Assembly (NCBI GenBank): GCA_019057375.1
Contig: DXJF01000003.1
Coordinates: 1 to 25,097, forward strand
Direction of reading: 5' to 3'
Source: Candidatus Heimdallarchaeota archaeon
GTDB lineage: Archaea; Asgardarchaeota; Heimdallarchaeia; Heimdallarchaeales; Heimdallarchaeaceae
DNA: 25,097 nucleotides
Shown here: one piece after another, positions 8,688-16,148 of the stretch
How positions within the stretch are numbered: position 1 is the first letter of the stretch
Layout of the letters: every line of letters starts with the position of its first letter
Program-made: the position numbers and the translations under genes
Notes under the pieces: generated by a model
The model's input: the letters and a program-made list of their open reading frames with translations, nothing else
Databases searched by the model: none
Told to the model about the DNA's origin: nothing

Positions 8688-10142
8688 ATGAAGAATGTTC
8701 AACCTGCAAATGAACTTAATGATGATATTACAGCTGAGGAAAGGAAACCCAACCCTCTTGCTTTGTTAAGAAGTTGGGATTTCTCAGCATTATTTCTTGG
8801 AGGATTTATTAGTAATGTAGGCTCGTATTTCACAAGTGTAGCAATAATTTTCATGGCTTTAGTATTTACAAGTGGTTTAACTGAAAATGAAGCAACAAGA
8901 GCAATAGCTTTAATGACCACGTTTACCTTACTTCCAATGTTAATTTTAGGACCTGTTGCAGGAGTCCTTGTAGATAAATTTGATCGTAAAAAAGTAATGA
9001 TAATCGCTGATTTTCTAGGAGCTTTAGCTGCTTTTGGTCTGATACTGACAACACAGATGTGGCATTTATATCTATTCGCTCTTTTCAACTCATCTGTTAG
9101 ACAATTCTTCTATCCTGCCAAAACAGCTAGCATTCCTAGGTTAGTAAAACAAGATCAACTTTTATCCGCTAACGGTTTTATTCAAACAACTAGCCAGCTT
9201 TCCAGATTAATTGGACCTTTACTTGCTGGATTTCTTATAGCTGCTTTTGGATTTGATATATCTTTCATAATAGATGGTAGTTCATACATCGTATCTGCAA
9301 TATTATTGTTTACTATAAGAAAAGATCTAAAGCCAGAAAAAACAGAAGATAAAATCACTCTACGAAGTGTTGGAACTGGATTAAAAGATGGATTCAGGCT
9401 AGCATTTACTGACAAAATAATTACTTTTGTAATAATTTTATTTTCATTTACAATACTCATGATAGGGATGGTAGATCCACTTATCGTTCCTTACATGAAT
9501 TTCGAATTTGGCGTAGGTGAAAAAGAATTTGGAATGATGATGAGCTTTGCAGCTATAAGTGGTTTAATACTTGCAATTATTCTATCAGTGAAAGGACAAC
9601 TTAAGCGAAAATTAACTTTCATGTCTGTTACTATTTTAGTAGCAAGTTTCTGCTTAGCTTTCTTAGCCATTGCACCATTTGCACCAGGAGGTGTAGTGTG
9701 GATATGGATGGGGATGATACTAGTTGGATGTATCAATGTTGGTTTTAACCTTCCATTCGCTACCCTCATTCAAAGAATAGTTCCAAACAAGGATTTAGGT
9801 AAGATTTCAGGAGTTATAGATACAGTAATTACTGCTGCATCTGTAATAGCTTCTATAATAGCAGCAACTTTGGCAGGTGTTATTCCCACAAGTTGGATAT
9901 TCATCATCATAACAATCTGTATTGCAATAGCTGGAACTGTAGGATTAATTGTAATAAAATACATGAATTTGGAAAAGATTGCTCAACTCCGCGAAGAAGA
10001 AATGAAAGCAATCTTAGAACAGAAAGAGGAAGAAATTTTAGAAATTGAGAAAATCGCTGATTTCGACGAACAAGCAAAGCTCACCTTTGATGAGATATTG
10101 GGCGAGGAGGGAACTCCTTCCCCCGAACCATCTCTAGATTGA
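8688..10142 (+). CDS. MFS transporter (DHA3/MefA-like), paralog 2
   Basis: Motif A AGVLVDKFDRKKVMIIADF. Clearly homologous to 5791..7185 (e.g. LLSANGFIQTTSQLSRL is identical). SD-like AGGTG at 8678-8682. Confidence 0.9.
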   Translation: MKNVQPANELNDDITAEERKPNPLALLRSWDFSALFLGGFISNVGSYFTSVAIIFMALVFTSGLTENEATRAIALMTTFTLLPMLILGPVAGVLVDKFDRKKVMIIADFLGALAAFGLILTTQMWHLYLFALFNSSVRQFFYPAKTASIPRLVKQDQLLSANGFIQTTSQLSRLIGPLLAGFLIAAFGFDISFIIDGSSYIVSAILLFTIRKDLKPEKTEDKITLRSVGTGLKDGFRLAFTDKIITFVIILFSFTILMIGMVDPLIVPYMNFEFGVGEKEFGMMMSFAAISGLILAIILSVKGQLKRKLTFMSVTILVASFCLAFLAIAPFAPGGVVWIWMGMILVGCINVGFNLPFATLIQRIVPNKDLGKISGVIDTVITAASVIASIIAATLAGVIPTSWIFIIITICIAIAGTVGLIVIKYMNLEKIAQLREEEMKAILEQKEEEILEIEKIADFDEQAKLTFDEILGEEGTPSPEPSLD

Positions 10143-10225
10143 AATCGAATGTTTTTCTCACTTTCTCTTTCTCTTTTTAAATTATCAAAAAATAGAAAAA
10201 AAATGGTATGGAGGAGATTTTAGTT

Positions 10226-11542
10226 TTATGCTCTCTCTGGTTGTTGTTTCAGTCCAAGCTTTTCTGCATATCCATCCATATCTAGAAAACCATGCCCACT
10301 TATGTTGAATAAGATAGTTTTCTTCTCGTTATTTTCTTTACATTTAATTGCTTCATCTATTGCACAGGCAACGCTGTATGCTGATTCAGGTGCAGGTAGG
10401 AACCCTTCAGCTTGAACAAATTCTTTAGCCCTTTGGAAGATGTGTATTTCATCTGTGGGATACGCAATTGTGTCAATATATCCAAGATGTCTCAAAAGAC
10501 TCAGAATTGGGGAACTTCCGTGATACCTAAGTCCATCTCCCAATATTGGGACCATAGTTACTTGATGACCAAGAGTATACATCTTCAGCATTGGTGTCAT
10601 CTCTGCATGATCAGCAAAGTCATACTTGTACTCTCCTTGTAAGTTTGCAGCAGCTTCACTTTGTGCAGCAATAAAGTGAATATCTTCTTTCTTTTTCAGT
10701 ACATCATGCATCCAGGGTAAGGCAATTCCACCAAAGTTACTTCCTCCACCAAGGCATGAAATAACTACATCTGGGTATTCTCCTGCGATTTCCATCTGTT
10801 TCTTGGTCTCTAAACCTATAATAGATTGATGTAACATTACATGATTCAAAACAGAACCAAGACAATAAACAGCTTTTGGATCTTTTTTAGCATCTTCTAA
10901 TCCTTCAGAAATAGCTATGCCTAATGATCCATTATGGTCAGGATTTTCAGCATATAATTTCTTACCGAACTCGGTTTGCTGGCTTGGAGATGCATATACA
11001 TCAGCACCAAACATTTGCATGAAGTTCAATCTATGAGGTTTCCATCTATAAACGGCCCTAACCCAAAAAACAGTACATTCTAATCCAACTAAACTAGATG
11101 CATAAGCGAGGGCATTACCCCATTGTCCAGCTCCTGTTTCAGTTGTAAGGCGCTCAAATCCTTGTTCTTTTGCATAATAAGCTTGTGCAAGAGCAGTATT
11201 TACTTTGTGACTACCTGTCGGGCTGTAAAATTCTGATTTGTAAAATAGTTTTGCAGGAGTACCTAATTTCTTCTCTAGATTCTTAGCTCTGAAAAGTGCT
11301 CTAGGTCTTCCTGCGGCCAAGTATAACTCCCGAATTCCTTCGGGAATAGGGATCCATCTCTCTCCAGACATTTCTTGTTTTAGACATTCACCAACCAAGA
11401 GATTGGGAAGATCACCAACTCTAGAATATCCTTCAGGAGGATCCATCGGTGGTGGAAGAGGTTCAGGTAAATCAGGTATGATATTATACCATTTATCAGG
11501 TAGTTCATCGGCTTTTAGAATAATAGCTCTATCATCTGTCAT
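10226..11542 (-). CDS. trpB2: Tryptophan synthase beta chain, type 2 (TrpB-like PLP enzyme), stand-alone
   Basis: SPTGSHKVNTALAQAY (PLP lysine), TTETGAGQWG, CLGGGSNFGG, GLRYHG, NISGHGFLD. Start taken at ATG 11542 behind an SD-like AAGGT. Confidence 0.93.
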   Translation of the reverse strand: MTDDRAIILKADELPDKWYNIIPDLPEPLPPPMDPPEGYSRVGDLPNLLVGECLKQEMSGERWIPIPEGIRELYLAAGRPRALFRAKNLEKKLGTPAKLFYKSEFYSPTGSHKVNTALAQAYYAKEQGFERLTTETGAGQWGNALAYASSLVGLECTVFWVRAVYRWKPHRLNFMQMFGADVYASPSQQTEFGKKLYAENPDHNGSLGIAISEGLEDAKKDPKAVYCLGSVLNHVMLHQSIIGLETKKQMEIAGEYPDVVISCLGGGSNFGGIALPWMHDVLKKKEDIHFIAAQSEAAANLQGEYKYDFADHAEMTPMLKMYTLGHQVTMVPILGDGLRYHGSSPILSLLRHLGYIDTIAYPTDEIHIFQRAKEFVQAEGFLPAPESAYSVACAIDEAIKCKENNEKKTILFNISGHGFLDMDGYAEKLGLKQQPERA

Positions 11543-11630
11543 TTTCTTAACCTTGTTTTCTAACAAAATAGTTCTATTACATTAAATTATAAATCTTCCG
11601 TAGAAATTTAAAAAAGGAGAACTGGGAAGG

Positions 11631-11674
11631 TTTTCAAGAAAAATCATTTTTTGTAGGAGCTAAATGAATAAGTT
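11631..11674 (+). repeat. 44-bp intergenic direct repeat, copy A
   Basis: TTTTCAAGAAAAATCATTTTTTGTAGGAGCTAAATGAATAAGTT, 40/44 identical to 13437-13480. Weaker ungapped similarity extends upstream to 11596/13402. Confidence 0.9.
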
Positions 11675-11766
11675 TTCGCACCTTTTGAACAAACATCAAA
11701 TCTAACACAACAAAGTATTTATTTCAAAAAGGATATCACGTTCCACTTAACCTCTTGGTGACTCAA

Positions 11767-13377
11767 ATGGTCAAAGGTATAAAAATTAAGAAAAAAATTA
11801 TTTCAATATCCATATTAGGTTTAATATTTGTATTTTCATGTCTATCTTCAACAGATTCTACTATTTTCTCTTTCAATGGTGCTGATGTATCTAATACACT
11901 AATTTCAGGTTATACTACTCATGAACCGATTTGGATTGATTCTTCAGATGATTTCTCTACCTATGGTTTTTCTGGTACAGGAGATCCAGGTACTCCATAT
12001 CTTATAGCAAATTACAGTATAACAAATGGTGTTGATTATAGTATAAAAATAATCAATGTTGATGATTATTTCATAATTGAGAATTGTTATATTGAAGGTT
12101 CTCTACATGGAATAACTTTATACAACATTGGTACGGGAAGAACTATTATCAGAAATAATACTTGTTCAGATCACACTTTTGGTATTTATCTTCATTCTTC
12201 AGCTCAAAGTCAAATACTAAACAATACGGTCTCAGATACTAAATGGGCAATAAATTCGGAATATTGTTCAGAATCTGTAATCCACAATAATACATGTACA
12301 AATGGTTATGTAGGTATCTCATCATCCTTCAGTAGTCAAATAAACATAAGCAATAACTCACTCAAAGATAATTATGTGGGAGTAGATCTATTCCATATCT
12401 ATGCTACAGTAATTAATAATACACTGATAAATAATGGTTTTAATATCAATTTTTATTTTAGTTCTGATTATCCATTTTTAACTTTTACAGATAATTCCAT
12501 TAATGGTCTTCCTATAGCTATTATATATAATGAAGCAGATGAAACAATAGATGCTTCATTATATGGACAGATTATAGTTGTAAATAGTTCTAGAATAACA
12601 ATTACTGATCTTTCTATTTCTCCAGCAACAATTTATGGAATTCACTTTTTCTATAGCGATAGTTGCATTGTAACCGATATTGCTAGTTTAGATATTTATG
12701 CATATTATTCACCAGATCTTGAAATTTCGAGCAGTACTTTCATTAATGATTTTAATGCACTAGATGAGCCAAATAAGTATGGAACTGCAATTTATACTAG
12801 GTACTCAAATAATGCTTTAATTCAAGATAATACATGCGAAAATTATGGTAATGGAGTTTCGAGCTTCAGAAGTAACAATTCTGATATACTAAGAAATACA
12901 TGTGATGATAATGATATAGGAATAGCCATTTATTCTCAAAATTGCTTGTTGGAAGATAATAACCTTAATCTTAATGTAGTAGGAATAACTATAATGGGTT
13001 CGCAAACATTAGAAGTAACAGGCATATCTGTAATTTCTAATACTGTAACCAGTAGTTTGGGTTATGGGATAGAATTTTATGGGAATACCACGAATAACGT
13101 AATTCATCATAATGTGTTTCAAGACAATTATCCTGGAGGTACTTCGCAAGCCTATGACGTAGGAATTAACAACATTTGGTACGATACTTCGACCAACAAG
13201 GGAAATTTCTGGAGTGATTGGTCGGGTTCAGGGAGTTATCCGATTGATGGTACTGCCGGTTCTGAAGATCCCTATCCTCTAAGCTCAATATCTGAGTTTT
13301 CTCTTAAAACAGCTATTTTGTTTGTTATTCTTGTTTCATGTATTGCAATTGTTCCTTTAATTAAGAAAAGAAAATAG
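11767..13377 (+). CDS. Secreted right-handed parallel beta-helix (NosD/CASH-like) surface protein with C-terminal TM anchor
   Basis: N-terminal basic + hydrophobic signal; G.G....PY.I motif; many I.NN.. beta-helix repeats; KGNFWSDW.G.G.Y.IDG...D.YPL motif; C-terminal hydrophobic helix + KKRK. ATG at 11767 follows an SD-like GGTGA (11757-11761). Confidence 0.85.
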   Translation: MVKGIKIKKKIISISILGLIFVFSCLSSTDSTIFSFNGADVSNTLISGYTTHEPIWIDSSDDFSTYGFSGTGDPGTPYLIANYSITNGVDYSIKIINVDDYFIIENCYIEGSLHGITLYNIGTGRTIIRNNTCSDHTFGIYLHSSAQSQILNNTVSDTKWAINSEYCSESVIHNNTCTNGYVGISSSFSSQINISNNSLKDNYVGVDLFHIYATVINNTLINNGFNINFYFSSDYPFLTFTDNSINGLPIAIIYNEADETIDASLYGQIIVVNSSRITITDLSISPATIYGIHFFYSDSCIVTDIASLDIYAYYSPDLEISSSTFINDFNALDEPNKYGTAIYTRYSNNALIQDNTCENYGNGVSSFRSNNSDILRNTCDDNDIGIAIYSQNCLLEDNNLNLNVVGITIMGSQTLEVTGISVISNTVTSSLGYGIEFYGNTTNNVIHHNVFQDNYPGGTSQAYDVGINNIWYDTSTNKGNFWSDWSGSGSYPIDGTAGSEDPYPLSSISEFSLKTAILFVILVSCIAIVPLIKKRK

Positions 13378-13436
13378 TAACCTTTTCTTTCTCTTTTCTT
13401 GTTCTACAGAAAATTGAAAAAAGAATAAAGTGAGGT

Positions 13437-13480
13437 TTTTCAAAAATAATCATTTTTTGTAAGAGCTAAATGAATAGGTT
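13437..13480 (+). repeat. 44-bp intergenic direct repeat, copy B
   Basis: TTTTCAAAAATAATCATTTTTTGTAAGAGCTAAATGAATAGGTT, 1806 bp from copy A. Confidence 0.9.
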
Positions 13481-13573
13481 GTCCTAGTAACAATTTCACT
13501 TGGTTTAATCATTATTAGCATCGCTAAGAGAAAAAAAAACCTTAGATCATTTTTTTACCCGAAAATAATATAA
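13478..13573 (+). pseudogene. Orphan remnant of a C-terminal membrane anchor (no start codon)
   Basis: The frame reads VVLVTISLGLIIISIAKRKKNLRSFFYPKII*, a hydrophobic helix plus basic cluster like the tails of both neighbours. An in-frame TAG precedes it at 13475-13477. Confidence 0.5.
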
Positions 13574-13605
13574 AATCATATGACTATGTATTTCAGTTGA
13601 AAGAA

Positions 13606-15405
13606 ATGAAGAGAGTGGGATTAGTTTTTATCTTAAGTTTAATGCTATTAAATTCTTCTTTATGTGCTATAGGTGCAGATGAACCACAATATGAGCCATT
13701 GTTTTTGATTAATCTTTTATCCCCTAATACAAGTGCTGCTAGAAATCAATGGACACTTCTTATAGAGAATCAATTACCAAAAATTGGTATTGGTGTAGAA
13801 TTCCATGAATCAACTGGATGGGGGTGGTTTCCTACAGGACGATTATGGGATTATCCTCTTATTGATTATGATTATATTCCTACCTATAATGAAGGAGGGT
13901 ATGATGTGGTTTTCGTTGGATGGTCATGGGATTATGATTGGGATCCTACCGGTTTATATGACATACCAAGTCTAGTACCAAATGGAGATAACTTCTATCA
14001 ATACCAGAATCCAGATTATGATGACAAATTATTTCGATATCTTTCTACTCATAATCAAACTTTACAAAATGAGATGTTATACGAGATGCAAAACATTCTC
14101 TATGAAGATTTACCCTCAATAACTTTGATTTATCCCAAGTCTTTGTTTGGTTTTAAAGAGGGTATTGTTGGAGTGAATACTCTCTTATTATCTACATCAG
14201 GTTTTCATTCAGAAAAATGGGATGACCCAGCAGATCATGTAATTAGATTTGCAATGGCTGCAGACCTCAGAGAATGGAATCCATTTGGTTTGGAATCATA
14301 TTATGATAGCTTATGGATGCAATCAGTTTATGGATCTCTATTTCGAAGAAATCAAATTAGTCGTGAATGGGAAGCATACTTAGCAACGGATTATGAAATT
14401 AGCTCTGATGGTTTGAATTTTACAGTTAATATAGATCCAAATGCTAAGTTTAGTGATGGAAGTCCAGTTTTAGCGGAAGATATTGCTTACACTTATGAAT
14501 TACACTTAACTCCTGCTGTTGGTTCAAGTAGATATTCTAAAGTAAATACTTGGTTTGCAAATAATAATTCAATACAAGTAGTAGATCCACATACTATCAA
14601 CTTCAATTTCACTGCTCTACACCCATTCGCACCAGATATGATGTCATTCGAAATTATCGACAAAAGTGAGATTGAACCTCTAATTACAACATATGATTAT
14701 AGTATTTTTATTGAAGCACCTCTGACAGGTAATGTTCAAGATTCCTTAGTTAAGTCATGTGGTCCTTTTATGTTAGATACGTTTGGAGTAGTTAATAGTA
14801 CAGCAAAAATGATTCCTAATCCTTATTGGGATGACAATATAGTTTCAGGTGCTAATCAACCTCTGTTGGATGAGTTATACTTTGAGTTTGTTAGTGGTGC
14901 ATTAACTGCTATAGCGGGGTTAATTGCAGGAAATATAGATATAGTCGATTCTCAGTACTATCTCTCCTTCGAGGATTTTGATACAGTTGGAATAGAAGCT
15001 AGAACTGTGATTGATCTAGCTCACCAAGAGATAGCTATAAACATGAGACACCCAGTTATAGGAACAGGAGAGTTAACTCCACTAGGAACAGAAGAAGCAG
15101 CAAAGAACATTAGAAAGGCTATAAGTCATGCTATACCTAGACAAATAATAGTTGATGAAATTCTTGATGGCTTAGGAAGTCCAGGAATAACTCCGATGCC
15201 ACCAGTATGTGTAGGGTTCAATGATGCAATACAGCCGTATGAATATAATTTGACTCTAGCTAGAAAATATATGGAACATGCAGATTATGAATTGATAGAA
15301 ATAACAACTACACCTACAACAACTACAAATTTCACAATTCTTCTAATAATGATAGTTGGGTTAACAACTGTTACCTTTGTAAGGAAAGGAAAAAGAAAAA
15401 GATAA
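13606..15405 (+). CDS. ABC transporter substrate-binding protein, family 5 (peptide/nickel), apparently circularly permuted, C-terminally anchored, orphan
   Basis: YLATDYEISSDGLNFTVNIDPNAKFSDGSPVLAEDIAYT, CGPF, IRKAISHAIPRQIIVD, YEYNLTLARKYM. Signal peptide at the N-terminus; Thr-rich linker + TM + RKGKRKR at the C-terminus. Confidence 0.9.
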   Translation: MKRVGLVFILSLMLLNSSLCAIGADEPQYEPLFLINLLSPNTSAARNQWTLLIENQLPKIGIGVEFHESTGWGWFPTGRLWDYPLIDYDYIPTYNEGGYDVVFVGWSWDYDWDPTGLYDIPSLVPNGDNFYQYQNPDYDDKLFRYLSTHNQTLQNEMLYEMQNILYEDLPSITLIYPKSLFGFKEGIVGVNTLLLSTSGFHSEKWDDPADHVIRFAMAADLREWNPFGLESYYDSLWMQSVYGSLFRRNQISREWEAYLATDYEISSDGLNFTVNIDPNAKFSDGSPVLAEDIAYTYELHLTPAVGSSRYSKVNTWFANNNSIQVVDPHTINFNFTALHPFAPDMMSFEIIDKSEIEPLITTYDYSIFIEAPLTGNVQDSLVKSCGPFMLDTFGVVNSTAKMIPNPYWDDNIVSGANQPLLDELYFEFVSGALTAIAGLIAGNIDIVDSQYYLSFEDFDTVGIEARTVIDLAHQEIAINMRHPVIGTGELTPLGTEEAAKNIRKAISHAIPRQIIVDEILDGLGSPGITPMPPVCVGFNDAIQPYEYNLTLARKYMEHADYELIEITTTPTTTTNFTILLIMIVGLTTVTFVRKGKRKR

Positions 15406-15435
15406 AAATAAACCAAAAGGAAGGGAGGAAGTTTT

Positions 15436-15603
15436 TTAATCCTCATAAACTTCAAAATCAGATTTGTCAGCACCACATTCAGGGCAGACCCAATCATCTG
15501 GCACATCTTCCCATTTTGTTCCAGGATTGATTCCTGCATCAGGGTCTCCAAGGTCTGGATCATAAACATAACCACAAAGTGTGCATATCCATTTGTCACT
15601 CAT
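15436..15603 (-). CDS. Rubredoxin (55 aa; not in the ORF track)
   Basis: Manual translation [55 protein letters not shown] shows both CxxCG knuckles and the YDP..GDP..GI.PGT.W..VPDDW signature. SD-like GAGGA upstream. Confidence 0.97.
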   Translation of the reverse strand: MSDKWICTLCGYVYDPDLGDPDAGINPGTKWEDVPDDWVCPECGADKSDFEVYED

Positions 15604-15710
15604 TTTTTATTCCTCTTTATTGATTTGAGCTAGTCTTCTAAGTTAGGTATATATATTTTACTCCTCACCCATTATTCTCTTGAAAATTCTGTTTTTTCCA
15701 TCCTAATGCC

Positions 15711-16049
15711 TTAAGTAATTCCATTTGCTAGTATTTTTTCTATCTGTTTTAAAGAAATGTTCACTTTGTCCCACACCAGCTCTTTATTGTCCAAAAACAG
15801 TTCGAAAATATTTCTAATACTTACAATACTTTGATTATTATCTTCCAGAATCAGCTGATAACTTGTCCAGAAACCACACGCACGACAAAAGAACTCTGGA
15901 TTTTTATTGAAATCCTTCTTTATGTTCAGCAAAAAATCTGCTAATTCTTCAATGGAATTCATCTCAAAGCTTTCTCCCTCTTCAGCTTTACTTTTCCCAG
16001 TATTTGGATCAATAAAGTTGTCGTACTCTACAATAGAAAGTTTCCACAT
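15711..16049 (-). CDS. Hypothetical protein (112 aa, one CxxC)
   Basis: Fills the gap between co-oriented genes with normal composition; has a TATA-like TTTTAAAC upstream. No family recognised. Confidence 0.65.
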   Translation of the reverse strand: MWKLSIVEYDNFIDPNTGKSKAEEGESFEMNSIEELADFLLNIKKDFNKNPEFFCRACGFWTSYQLILEDNNQSIVSIRNIFELFLDNKELVWDKVNISLKQIEKILANGIT

Positions 16050-16148
16050 AGATAGATTTCCTGCTAAATGTTACTAGCAAACTATTATAATCAAAATTGT
16101 TTAAAAACTCGAGAAAAAATTTAGATATTTCTGTTGATTTTACTCAAA

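Noticed and set aside
11767-13377. Calling the beta-helix gene nosD
   Set aside because: No nosZ/F/Y/L nearby; the fold is a widespread archaeal surface domain.
11631-13480. 44-bp repeats as integron attC sites or CRISPR repeats
   Set aside because: Only two copies 1.8 kb apart, no RYYYAAC...GTTRRRY boxes or long hairpin, no spacers, and no integrase or cas gene in the window.
15285-15599. 104-aa minus-strand ORF from the track
   Set aside because: It is an off-frame shadow of the rubredoxin gene and overlaps the SBP 3' end antisense.
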